A stretch of 64,000 bases of DNA from Octopus vulgaris (taxonomy: Eukaryota): NCBI GenBank assembly GCA_951406725.2, contig OX597816.1, positions 175,150,001-175,214,000 of the forward strand, read 5' to 3'. Position numbers and translations under genes: made by a program. The notes under the pieces are model-generated. The model made no database searches. It was not told the origin of the DNA and saw nothing but the letters and a program-made list of their open reading frames with translations. Positions 50,927 to 64,000 of the stretch are shown here, in pieces; position 1 is the first letter of the stretch, and each line of letters starts with the position of its first letter.

Positions 50927-52420
50927 ACTTTATTTAAAAGCAGCAGAAATATAACAAAAGGTGGTACTCAGAGTTTCACGTTCCCGTTCGTCGGACAGTT
51001 TTTTGTTATATTTCTTCTGCTTTTAAATAAAACATATTACTCTGCTTCTGGTATTTGAGTATTCATTTTTCCACCTTGTTTCACATTTATGTGCTTAATC
51101 CAGTATATATATGTATATACTAGCAGAGATACCCGGCGTTGCCCGTGTTACATGCAATTGAACAATTAGATTTTTCTGTTATATTTTCTGTAATGAACTG
51201 GAATATCTATGTTTCGAAGTTCATCAAAATTGCAGATGAGGGTTATTTCCCTCTTTACACACCCTAAAAAAATTGTAATCGTGCCACATGTATCCCATAC
51301 TACTGATTTTTATGCGCATATTCCAAAATTCCAGTCTTATTGAACCTGTTAAAAAAATTTTTCTCCTGAAAAATGAAGGTCATGGAGCTCTAAAATGTGA
51401 GAGTTAAGGCAACCTGTTGGGAGTGGGCATCTTAATGTCAACAAGTTGAATATTTGAGAACCTTTTTAACTTGCATCTTATATCTATTGTTTGACTTTCT
51501 TTGAAATAGGAAATATATGTTGACTGGGTTTGTAAAAGAGAGCAAAGCTACAGGAAACCAAAAGATGAATGATCACAATAAGCAGTCAGCTACCCTTCCC
51601 TAGTCATTAAGAACTCCCAATGTAGGATTCCTCACCATCCAGGTGACAGGCACAGCCGTAAGATGCATTACGAATCTATAGCAATTGGAAGGGCGTGACC
51701 CAACTGAAATAAACATTAACAACTGTGTGACGTGAGGGCTAAGGAGAAATGAAAGTGTCACCTTTGGAGTTTGCAAATGACCACTATACTGATACGTAAC
51801 TGGACAGAATAAATTTACAATCTCTAAATGTCTTTGAATAACCAATCACTTATCTGGGAAGGCCTTGAAATCTATGTTACCATCTGGGGACTATGTGTGA
51901 CCCAGTGATAATAAAAAGACTGAAAGGAAGTCTGCAATCAAATAACTTTACTCAACACTTTGCAACTGAATCAGTGGAGGCAAAGATGCCTCTCATTTAC
52001 TTGACAATTTATGCAGCACATTGCAGAAATCTCAATGTATGTGTATATCAAAGCAAAGTGTTACGCTGTTGCACCACTGAATTACAAATGCTCATCTTTT
52101 ATGCCTGGGTAACTCTACAGCTTCCAAGAGTACAACTGTATTCGTCTTTGCTTATAGAAAATGACAAAATTGTAGGTAAGTTCCCATGAAGGGGTCTTTC
52201 TAGCTTATAAGAAGATGAAATTTTATAAATATTACTTCATTTGTGTCTAATATCTGTGGTTAAAATTTCATCAACAGCAAAAATATATGAATTGTCATGG
52301 GGGTTATGGCCCTTATGCATAGAATATAATTCCCAAATTTCATAAAGATCCATTCAGTACTTTTATGATCCAAAACTGGATCATAAAAGAAATGACTAAA
52401 ATTTAGGAGTTATAGGGTGT

Positions 52421-52458
<38 letters not shown>

Positions 52459-52682
52459 TATGGAGATATATATATATATATACACACTCACATACAAAGA
52501 TAACTTGATAGATACAATTGAGTGGGCAAACAATAATATGAGCCTAGTGTTTTTTTTACATTGATAAGCCTGGTACTTATTCTATTAGTTTCTTCTTGTG
52601 AAACCAGTAATTTATGGGGATGTAAATAAATGAACACCAGTTATGAAGCAGTGATGAGGGAGAAACACATGGACTTACATAT

Positions 52683-52715
<33 letters not shown>

Positions 52716-53101
52716 CAACTGATTTCTTTCAGTTTCTGTTTACAAAATTCACTGACAAGGTTTGGTTGGTCTGAGGCTATACCAGAAGACACATGCCAAG
52801 TTACCACACAGTGGAACTGAACTGAGGACCATGTGTTTTGGAACCAAGTTTGTTAGCACACAGCCACACATGCACCTGTGTATGTGTGTGTGGGTGGATG
52901 TGTGTGTATGAGTGTATATATGTATGCATGTATATATGTGTACATATTACATGTACATCTATATATATATACATCTACATATACATGTATACATATACAT
53001 CTATATATATACATGTGGTGCAGCCTTCGGGCTCCCCAGACTCCAGTTGAACCGTCCAACCCATGCTAGCATGGAAAGCAGACGTTAAATGAGGATGATG
53101 A

Positions 53102-53135
<34 letters not shown>

Positions 53136-53137
<2 letters not shown>

Positions 53138-56123
53138 ACTAGTAACAAGGACCTCATCTTTGTAGGTGGAGATTTTAATGGGCATGTTGGGCGGGAATCG
53201 GGTATCTTCACTGGGGTACATGGTGGCTATGGTATTGGCACCAGAAATGATGAGGGAACTAGACTGCTGGAATTCTGTGATGCATGTAACCTTTCAATCT
53301 GCAACACTAACTTCAAGAAGCCAGTCTGCCACCTTATAACTTATCAGTCAGGAGACTCCGCTAGCCAAATAGACTTCATCCTCACCAGACAACGGGATGC
53401 AGGGTTGCTCTTGAATACAAAGACCCTCCCGGGTGAAGAATGTATCCCTCAGCATAGACTAATCATCAGTGACTTTAAGCTTGAGGCCAGAAGGACTCCA
53501 AGAAACAAACCAATCCAGAAAAGAAGGATTTGGAGGCTAAAGAACCCTTCGCATGGTCAGAAATTTAGGGACATACTCATCAAGAAATTTGATGAGAGGG
53601 AGGAGGAGCTTCAGACGTCAGACATAGAAGGTAGCTGGGAATTCCTACGGGACAGCTTGTTGAGTGCCACAGACCAAGTCTGTGGATGGTGCAAAGTCCC
53701 TTCCAGACCTAGAATTACGTGGTGGTGGAATAGTGCAGTAGATAAAGCCATCTGTGAAAAGAGACGGGCCTGGAAAGCCTGGAAGGATGGGGGCAGCAGG
53801 GAACTGTACCAGATAGCCAAAAGGGAGGCTGGGCGGCAGGTATACATTGCCAAAGATGTAGCAGAAAAGAAGAAGTTTGCCAACGTCCAGAGCTGAAGTA
53901 TTTTGGATTGCCAGACAGTGTGTCAGAGAAAATAGCGATGTTATAGGAGAGAAATGTGTCCGCATGGATGATGGGGCACTTGCTTTTACTACTAGTGAAA
54001 AGAAAGAGGCTTGGAGAAGCCATTATGAAAGACTGCTGAATGAGGAGAATGAATGGGAGGAGGAGAGCCTGCCAAATGTTGACCCAGTAGAGGGACCAAC
54101 TACCCGAATAGACAGCTCCCTTGTAGATAAGGCAATTAAGGATATGAAACCAGGCAAAGCCCTGGCCTATCAGGAATCACTGCTGAGATGCTTAAAACAG
54201 CTGGCTATGTGGGCTATGCCATAGTCACCCGCATTGTAAACCAGGTAGTTCACAATGGAGTCATACCCAATGACTGGTGCAGCAGCACCATAGTCAACTG
54301 CTACAAGGGTAAGGGTGATGCTCTAGATAGAAATAACTACAGAGGTATCAAACTGTTGGACCAGGTGATGAAGGTCTCAGAGAAGGTCATAACCAATCTC
54401 ATTAGGGAGAGAATTTGTTTAGATGAAATGCAGTTCGGTTTTGTACCAGGTAGAAGCACCACTGATGCTATATTCCTGGTCCGACAACTGCAGGAGAAGT
54501 ACCTAGCTAAAGATAAACCCCTCTACATAGCTTTTGTAGACTTGGAGAAAGCCTTTGACAGGGTTCCCCGTTCCCTTATCTGGTGGTCGATGCGGAAACT
54601 GGAGATTGAAGAATGGCTAATAAGGGCTGTACAGGCTCTATACAGAGAGGCTGTCAGCAAGGTTAGGATTGGCAACGAATATAGTGAAGAATTCCGGGTA
54701 GAAGTAGGTGTGCACCAGGGCTCAGCCCTCAGTCCCCTTTTATTCATCATAGTCCTTCAGGCAATAACAGAGGAATTCAAAACGGGATGCCCCTGGGAGC
54801 TCCTCTATGCCGATGACCTAGCTCTCATAGCAGAATCACTACCGGAACTAGAAGAGAAATTTCAGGTGTGGAAGCAAGGGTTGGAATCAAAGGGCCTTAG
54901 AATAAATGTAGCAAAGACCAAAGTATTAGTAAGCAGCAAGAGGTACTCAGCACACATCCCCTCGGGTAGGTGGCCCTGCTCAACCTGTAGGAAAGGTACA
55001 GGTAGAAACTCCATAAGATGCACCCAATGTAAGTTATGGACACATAAGAGGTGCAGCAACATTAAAGGGAAATTAACAGATAAGATAGCTTTCATGTGCG
55101 GCAGATGCACAGGGACAATAGACACAACAGACACTCAGAAAACAGATTCCATCACACTCCAGGGAGAGAAACTAGAAGTAGTTGATAGTTTCCGCTACCT
55201 GGGAGACCAAGTTAGTAGCGGAGGTGGATGCACAGAGAGTATCACCACTAGAATACGAATAGCCTGGGCAAAGTTCAGAAAGCTCCTACTCCTACTGGCA
55301 ACAAAAGGTCTCTCTCTCAGAGCAAAAGGTAGATTGTATGATGCATGTGTGCGAACTGCCATGCTTCACGGTAATGAAACATGGGCTGTGACTGCAGAAG
55401 ACATGCGTAGACTTGAAAGAAATGAAGCTAGCATGATCCGCTGGATGTGTAGTGTCAGTGTGCACGCAAAACAGAGTGTAAGTATCCTGAGAGAAATGCT
55501 GGATATAAGAAGCATCAGATGTGGTGTGCAAGAGCGACGCTTGCGATGGTATGGTCATGTGCTGCGGATGGATGAAGAGAGATGTGTGAAGAAGTGCCAC
55601 TCCCAAACAGTTGAAGGTATCAGGGGGAGAGGTAGACCCAGGAAGACATGGGATGAGGTGGTCAAGCATGACCTCAGAGCATTGGGCCTCACTGAGGCAA
55701 TGGCGAAGGACCGAGATCTCTGGAGATATGCTGTGACTACAAAGACCCGGGCTGCTTTCTGCAGCAATTCCACATACCCCCTACCCATTCTAAGTACCCC
55801 GGATCCCGAAAGTACCCTGGATCCCCAAAGTACCCCGATCCCCAAAGTACCCCGGACCTCGTTGCCCCTGTGCCGCTGACACGTTAAAATGCTCGAACCG
55901 ATCGTGACGATGCCGGACCCTCCGGCCCCTGTGCAGGTGGCACGTAAAAAGCACCCAATCCACTCACGGAGTGGTTGGCGTTAGGAAGGGCATCCAGCCG
56001 TAGAAACTCTGCCAGATTCAGACTGGAGCTTGGAGCGGCCCCTGGCTTCCCAGACCCGGTCGAACCGTGCTAGCGCGGAAAGCGGACGTTAAACGATGAT
56101 GATGATGATGATGATGATGATGA
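53136..56123 (+). mobile_element. Young 5'-truncated RTE LINE with an uninterrupted 563-aa RT ORF (54188-55879)
   Basis: Starts mid-APE (GDFNGH); two frameshifts near 53890 and 54165; RT with LYADDL at 54803-54820; (GAT)n tail. Confidence 0.95.
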
Positions 56124-56390
<267 letters not shown>

Positions 56391-56844
56391 TTATACACAC
56401 ACATGTAAATTTAAATTTTAAATAATAAGGGTGAAAAATTGAATATTAATTTGATTAATATGAATTGAAAACCAGTGGTGTAGCATATAAGACCATAGAG
56501 GATCTTCTAGCAAAATGGATGCCCACTGTTAATGGTTCATCCCTCTTATATAATAGTTTCACTTTAATAGTTTCAGTATTAAAGTGGAAACATCTGACAT
56601 TACCATAGAGAGATGTTTTTGTTTCACTTTTAACATGTAATACTGAAATAGTGGAGAAGATATGATATTGCTGTGGGCTTGCCCTAGGCAAGAAGTTAAA
56701 AAATTTTTTTGCCCATGACACTACATGGACCTTAACTAAGGCATATGTAAAATTTTAATGGAATTGGTTGTGTAGTTCTCAAATTTTAAGGATTCACACA
56801 GACAGACAGACACATATTCTCAGTTTTATATATATAGATCAGGT

Positions 56845-58708
56845 GATAGAGAGAGAGTTAGTTTAGATGAGATGCAGTTTGGGTTCGTGCCAGGGAAAAG
56901 TACCACTGATGCTATATTCCTGGTAAGGCAGCTGCAGGAGAAATACCTAGCCAAAGATAAACCCCTCTACATAGCTTTTGTGGACTTGGAGAAAGCCTTT
57001 GACAGGGTCCCCCGATTCCTTATCTGGTGGTCAATGAGGAAACTAGGGATAGATGAATGGTTAGTGAGAGCTGTGCGAGCCATGTACAGGGACGCTGCTA
57101 GTAAGGTGAGGGTTGGCAACGAGTACAGTGAAGAATTCCGGGTAGAGGTAGGGGTCCACCAAGGCTCAGTCCTCAGCCCCCTCCTATTTATCATAGTCCT
57201 TCAGGCAATAACGGAGGAATTCAAGACAGGATGCCCTTGGGAGCTCCTCTATGCTGATGACCTTGCTCTAATTGCTGAGTCACTATCAGAACTGGAGGAG
57301 AAGTTTCAGGTGTGGAAACAAGGATTAGAATCGAAGGGCCTCATAGTCAATCTAGCTAAAACCAAAGTCGTAATCAGTAGGAAGGTAGACAAATCACAAA
57401 CGCCTTCAGGTAGATGGCCCTGCTCGATCTGTAGAAAAGGTGTTGGTAGAAACTCTATAAGATGCACCAAGTGTAAGCTATGGACACATAAGAGGGGCAG
57501 CAATGTCAAAGGAAGGCTAACTAGGAAGATGGTTTTTGTATGTGGCAGATGCTCAGAAACAATAAACACTGAAAATGCTCTGAGAAAAACTAGAAATAGT
57601 TGATAGCTTCCGTTACCTAGGTGACCAAGTCAGCAGCGGGGGCGGGTGTGCTGAAAGTGTAACTGCTAGAGTAAGAATAGCTTGGGCAAAGTTCAGGGAG
57701 CTCTTGCCTCTGCTGGTGACAAAAGGCCTCTCGCACAGAGTAAAAGGCAGACTGTATGATGCGTGTGTACGAACAGCCATGCTACATGGCAGTGAAACAT
57801 GGGCCGTGACTGCTGAGGATATGCGTAAGCTTGCAAGAAATGAAACCAGTATGCTCCGATGGATGTGTAATGTCAGTACTCATACTCAACAGAGTGTAAG
57901 TACCTTGAGAGAAAAGCTGGACCTAAGTAGCATCAGTTGTGGTGTGCAAGAGAGACGTTTGCGCTGGTATGGGCATGTGGCGAGAATGGATGAAGATAGT
58001 TGTATGAAAAAGTACCACACCCTAGCGGTTGAGGGAACCTGTGGAAGAGGCAGACCCAGGAAAACCTGGGACGAGGTGGTGAAGCACAACCTTCGAACTT
58101 TAGGTCTCACTGAGGAAATGACTAGAGACCGAGACCTCTGGAAGTATGCTGTGCGCGAGAAGACCCGGCAGAACAAGTGAGACCATAACCCGTGCCCTTC
58201 TACATGGGATGGAGCCAGCCTACGTATGCATACCTTCCCTTCTTGGGACATAAAACTCTACTTGTGAAGACCTGTTGAGGCAAGTGAGGATCAGAATCGA
58301 AATCGATCAATGGAAATTGCAGCTGAGTTACCAGTGCAGGTGGCACGTAAGAGAACCATCCGTTCGTGACTGTTGCCAGTGCCGCCCCGACTGGCCTTGT
58401 GCCAGTGGCACGTAAAAAGCTCCATCCGTTCGTGTCCGTTGCCAGCCTCGCCTGGCCCCCATGCTGGTGACACGTAAAAGCACCATCCGTTCGTGGCCGT
58501 TTGCCAGCTCTGTCTGGCACCTGTGCAGGTGGCACGTAAAAAGCACCCACTACACTCACGGAGTGGTTGGCGTTAGGAAGGGCATCCAGCCGTAGAAACA
58601 CTGCTAGATCAGACTGGGCCTGATGCAGCCTTCTGGCTTCACAGACCCCAGTAGAACCGTCCAACCCATGCTAGCATGGAAAGCGGACGCTAAATGGTGA
58701 GGATGATG
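56845..58708 (+). mobile_element. 5'-truncated RTE LINE (second subfamily): RT + 3' UTR
   Basis: ORFs 56872..57603 and 57704..58180 with LYADDL; deletion/frameshift near 57580; RTE 3' UTR. Confidence 0.95.
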
Positions 58709-60620
58709 TGTGTGTATATATGTATTATTGTTTGATTGAATGCCACACATCCACTTCCAAGTAAGTTTATCTTTATCTTTTTGATGCAACTCTACTCTAT
58801 ACTGTTTTCTCCCTCATTGTTTTTTCTCTCATCTTTTTCTCTAATTCCCTTTTTCTCCCCTTCACTGTTTTCTATCTGTCAGTCTCTCTCCCTCTTTCTC
58901 CTTTTCTCTCTCTCGTTGCTCACATGTGACCATCAACCATCTTTCTTTTCCACACTTGATCGTCTTTCTTTTCTTTCAGGACTGTCCTAAGGACTGGGCG
59001 TATCCTGTCTCTCTCTTCTATCTTTATTCTTGTCAAAGAAAATATTTCTCGAGCGTTGGCTATTTTACCCTTATTCTGGTATAACGACCCTCCATGTTTG
59101 TTTTAAATTGGCTTCCTTGTACGTCTCCACTGTCCTGTTTTTGTTCCCAACTGTGATCCTCCCTAAATCCCAAATATTATTTTGGTACTTATCATTGTCT
59201 TGTGAGAGAGTGTGTGTGTGTTTATGTGCGCACGTGTTTGGTGCGTGTGTTTGTGTCTTTGTATCTGAAAGATACAAGGAGGACTGGTCAAGTTGTTAAG
59301 AGTAATCAGTGCCACTTTTGTTTTTATTTTTTTGCAACTGTAAATGGTTTTTGGTCTTTAGAAATTGGCCATTTCAATATTGTCTGGATTTCTTATTATT
59401 ATTGTTTTGTGAGGGTGTGCTTGCATGTGGGTGCCTGTGAGTTTGGCAGGGGTGTCATTGGAGAAGGGAAGAAAGAAGAGAAAGAGGAAGAAGAAACAAT
59501 TGTGTTGATATTTATACCACCAATGCTTGATTACAAAAACAGGTTTGTTTTATTCACATTTTAAAAGTCAATTTGCTTTGGTGATCAATAAGAATGTAGA
59601 GTAATATACAGTGTACTAAATGCTACACTATGTTTGTTAAATTATAAATTGAAAGATTTGTCCTTCAATGTATGATGAGCAAAATTTCATAAGGTCCGTA
59701 CTTGAAACAGAGACTTTCTTGTGTTGAAGTTACAAATGACAGAATATAAACTGACAACTACTGAGTCTGTTGTCTGATCTTCAATTGATTTAGTCTAATA
59801 TCTCACTGATTGACAGCTCAATAAATATTAAGTTTTATCATACAGAAGCAACTGGTTCCACAAATTAAAGTAAAATGGTTTCATTCATATACTAGAAGAT
59901 CATTTGTTCAATGTTGTATTTTCAAAAACCAAAACATATGTGTAGAACTGTGTGTGTGCGTGTGTGTGTGTTTAATACAATTTACTTTACAAATTTGGTC
60001 CTTCATCTGGTACAGCTTATTATCGATATTTTCAGCCATTCAATTTGGCAGAGAACTTAGTTATGAAATATTTTTCCATATTCGACTTACACATACCTTT
60101 CCTTCTTGGGACACAAAACTCCACTTGTGAAGACCCGTTGAGGCAAGTGAAAATCAAAATCAAAATCAAACCAAATCAAATCAGATATCAGAAAGCAGAA
60201 CCAAAATCGAAGTCGATTAACATCAATGGAAATTGCAGCTGTGATACCAGTGCCGGTGACAAGTAAGCGAACCATCTGATCGTGGCCGTGGCCAGTGCTG
60301 CCCCGACTGGCCTCCGTGCCGGTGGCACGTAAAAAGCACCATCCGTTCGTGGCCGTTGCCAGCCTCACCTGGCCCCCGTGCTGGTGGCACGTAAAAAGCA
60401 CCATCCGTCTGTGGCCGTTTGCCAGCTCCGGGTGGCACGTAGAAAGCACCCACTACACTCACGGAGTGGTTGGCGTTAGGAAGGGCATCCAGCCGTAGAA
60501 ACACTGCCAGATCAGACTGGGCCTGATGCAGCCTTCTGGCTTCACAGACCCCAGTTGAACCGTCCAACCCATGCTAGCATGGAAAGCGGACGCTAAATGG
60601 TGATGATGATGATGATGATG

Positions 60621-61365
60621 ATTCCTCCTGAAGGAGGTGTTATTCTTTGGACATTTGTAGAAAGGAAAGATCTTAAATTTTCCTTCTCCACATGTATCTA
60701 GGTGTTTACTCAGTGGTATCTTGCGCAGTTCCTCCTGTCGGACATGTTGTTGGTGAATTCTGGCTCGTTGGCATAAAGAATTTCCAGCTTCACCTATATA
60801 ATCCTCCTTGCATGTGGGGCAGGTTATGCAGTATATTACATTCTGCATCTTGCAGTTCATATCTGCATTTATTTTGAATATGTGACTACTTTTAAATTTC
60901 ATTTCTATGTCTCCCTCTATGTATTTGCAGGTGGGGTTACTGCAGATCTTTACAAAGAATTCAGTTTTAGTCTCCGATGAGTTAGTTGTTTCTTCAGGTT
61001 TTTGTCTTGGCATTTACTGTTTTTTTATTTGTTTAATACGTTTCCCATTTTGGGGCTTTGTAGGACTATTGGTAGGTTTGAATGTATGATTTGGAACATG
61101 TTGGTAACTCCAGGGTTGTGTGTGTTTATGAAAGGGATGATGTTCTTTTTGTTTTTCGTTTTTGGAGTTCTGAGTTCTGTGATGTCCAGTTTCATTGCTC
61201 TTGTGATTCCATTTTTTATTAATTTCTGTTCTAGTAGGAAGTTTTTAAGTTCATTTAGTCTTATTTGGCGTGTTTGTGAGTCGGTCACTATGCTGCATAT
61301 GCGTCTTGCCATACTATATGGAATGTTTCTTTTTATGTGGGATGGGTGGTAGGAGTAGAAATTTA
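60621..61365 (-). mobile_element. Penelope-like element C-terminal fragment with GIY-YIG endonuclease
   Basis: PY.MARRICSIVTD, PFINTHNP, MNCKMQNVIYCITCPTCKEDYIGEAG..RARIHQQH...SKHLDTC..FKIFPFYK. Confidence 0.85.
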
Positions 61366-62010
61366 TATATTGGTGTGTGTCGGTTTTTTTGTAGTGGATT
61401 GTATATATTTATATATTTGTGTGTGTCTGTGTTTATTCCCCCACCCCCCCAGCATCACTTGACAACCAGTGCTGGTGTGTTTATGTTCCCATAGCTTCGC
61501 AGTTTGGCAAAAGAGACCAATAGGATAAGTACTAGGCTTACAAAGAATAAGTCCTAAGGTCGATTTGTTCAACTAAAGGCAGTCCTCCAGCATGGCCACG
61601 GTCAAATGACTGAAACAAATAAAAGAATAGTGAAGCCATGTATTTTCATGAACGCACTAATGAGATTTGTGCTGAAATGCTCATGAAAATATTGTCACTT
61701 CAGCTGATTTTGGGTAGTTTGGTAACAAAAGGGTTAAACGCTTATTTAAATATATGTGTCTACGGCAAACTTGCAAAACATTGAATGCTTACAATTGTTT
61801 CTCTTGCTTACAGCTAGAAACTGCAGTTAAGTAAATACACTGATGCATCCTATTACTATGTAGTATCTAAAAATTTATTAGAAATATATAAAATTAATTC
61901 ATTTTTGTATTAGGTTTGCTTGATTCTTTATGTGAATTTGTGTGTTGAAACAAATTTTCTGTATCTTGGGAGTGTCATTATAATAATAATGATAATAATA
62001 ATAATAATAA

Positions 62011-63024
62011 TCATCATCATCATCGTTTAACATCCGTTTTCCATGCTAGCATGGGTTGGACGGTTCAACTGGGGATCTGGGAAGCCAGAAGGCTGCGCCA
62101 GGCCCAGTCTGGTCTGGCAGTGTTTCTATGGATGGATGCCCTTCCTAACGCCAACCACTCTGTGAGTGTAGTGGGTGCTTTTTACGTGCCACCTGCACAG
62201 GTGCCAGACGAGGCTGGCAAATGGCCACAGACGGATGGTGCTTTTTACGTGCCACCGGCACGGGGGACAGACAAGGCTGGCAATGGCCACAATCGGATGG
62301 TGCATTTTACGTGCCACCGGCACGGAGGCCAGTCGGGGCGGTGCTGGCAACAGCCACGTTCGGATGGTTCTCTTACGTGCCATCGGCACAGGTATCACAG
62401 CTACAATTTCCATTGATGTTGATCGATTTCGATTTTGATTTTCATTTTGATTTTCACTTGCCTCAACAGGTCTTCACAAGTAGGGTTTGTGTCACAAAAG
62501 GGAAAGGTATGCATAAGTGGGCTGGCTACGTCCCAGGTAGAGGCCATGGGTTATGGTCTCACTTGTCCTGCCGGGTCTTCCCACGCACAGCATACTTCCA
62601 AAGGTCTCAGTCTCTGGTCATTTCCTCGGTGAGACCTAATGTTCGAAGGTTGTGCTTCACCACCTCGTCCCAGGTTTTCCTGGGTCTACCTCTTCCACAG
62701 GTTCCCTCAACCGCTAGGGTGTGGAACTTTTTCACACAACTATCTTCATCCATTCTCGCTATATGACCATACCAGCGCAGACGTCTCTCTTGCACACCGC
62801 AACTGATGCTTCTTAGATCTAACTTTCCTCTCAAGGTACTTACACTCTGTCGAGTATGAACGCTGACATTACACATCCATCGGAACATACTGGCTTCATT
62901 TCTTGCAAGCTTACGCATGTCCTCAGCAGTCACAGCCCAAGTTTCACTGCCATGTAGCATGGCTGTTCGTACACATGCATCATACAGTCTGCTTTTTATT
63001 CTGAGCGAGAGGCCTTTTGTCACC
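62011..63024 (-). mobile_element. 5'-truncated RTE LINE 3' portion
   Basis: ORF 62607..63095 (RLYDACVRTAMLHGSETW...GRGRPRKTWDEVV) followed by RTE 3' UTR and (GAT)n tail on the minus strand. Confidence 0.93.
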
Positions 63025-64000
63025 ATAATAATAATAATAACATGCATGGATTCAATTCCACTTATTGTTAGGCAATTGGTTAAATACCTAACCAACCAAC
63101 CAACTAATCAATCATTTGTTTACTATACTGGTTAAACAATCATTCAGCTGTTTGTTAGTCAAAGTTCTTTCACTGCTGTTTGCAACCTTTTCAATGACTT
63201 AATGACTTCCCTTCTTGCTCCAAGGTCTGCTCTGAATCTGTCTGAAAATCGGTCTGATGTCTCTGTGTATGCATGCTTGTATGTGTGTTTGCTTAGAAGA
63301 GGAGGTAAGGATGAGAGTAAACAAAGGGTTTGTGTGTGTTTGCATGTGTACACCCATGTGACTGCTTATACGTGTGTTTGGGTGTATGTGCACTAGCCAT
63401 CCATGACCTCTGTAAGTGGTTGGCCTTTTGTCCTTTCTGTTCTTGGTCAGTCTCTTGTTTGCTGAAGATTTATGGGTTTAGAGTGTGCATACACTCTCAG
63501 ATATAATGCCAACTCTCAGACAGAGGCAGAGGAGACCTTGAAGTGAATGGGAAAGTTACTAAGTTACTGAAAAAGCCACAAGCAGCAACGAGAGAACTTC
63601 GACTAACAAACAACTGATTGATTGTTTAATGACCACATTAAACAAACAATAAAGAAGTGAAATTGAACCTATGCATGTGTTATTGTTGGCATAATGACTC
63701 TCAAGAAACAATAAAATAGATTAATGTATATCATGTAACCATCTAAATGTAATTTTTGTTTTTATTCTTATTTTAAAATTTTGCTTCTATCTTTTTAGAT
63801 ATTCTTGGTATACTTTAATTTCACATCTTTATGATTTGGAATATCTAGTTTGAGATATATGAGCATTATTGTGTGGTAATAAGCTCTTAGTATATTGTGT
63901 CTGTCTCAGTTTAATTTCTGTTTTTCTGGTTAAAGAAGTCAAACCTTTCTCAATAAACTGGAGAAAGGCAATAACTGCTTAATTGACTTGTTCTTCACAC

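Noticed and set aside
58960-61830. Candidate acceptors for the next staufen exon (about 58979 and 61813)
   Set aside because: Both give immediate in-frame stops in phase 1 and show no dsRBD2 motif.

Overview
AT-rich, repeat-dense animal genomic DNA. The SINE/RTE repertoire and the abundant (TA)n tracts suggest a cephalopod, probably Octopus; this is inferred from recognition, not from a database search. One host gene is supported: the 5' part of a staufen orthologue on the + strand. Three coding exons (34848-34926, 41525-41997, 44459-44663) splice in frame into an N/S/Q-rich N-terminus followed by dsRBD1. A candidate promoter/non-coding exon lies at about 10.8-11.05 kb, and the gene continues past the window end. 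The rest is nested mobile DNA: RTE LINEs whose RT contains an inserted C4HC3 PHD-like finger and whose 3' UTR is an array of hairpin modules; Penelope-like elements (PLEs), two with twin-priming-like inversions; CR1/Jockey-group fragments; several tRNA-derived SINE families; non-autonomous Helitrons; piggyBac and Tc1/mariner remnants; GG-terminal MITEs carrying telomeric repeats; and a foldback element with 255-bp arms. The most notable unannotated signal is a set of minimal PLE-type hammerhead ribozyme motifs. One appears intact (14757-14800, minus strand), and one decayed copy sits in the tail of a tRNA-headed SINE (27207-27480). Most short ORFs in the supplied track are microsatellite or antisense noise.
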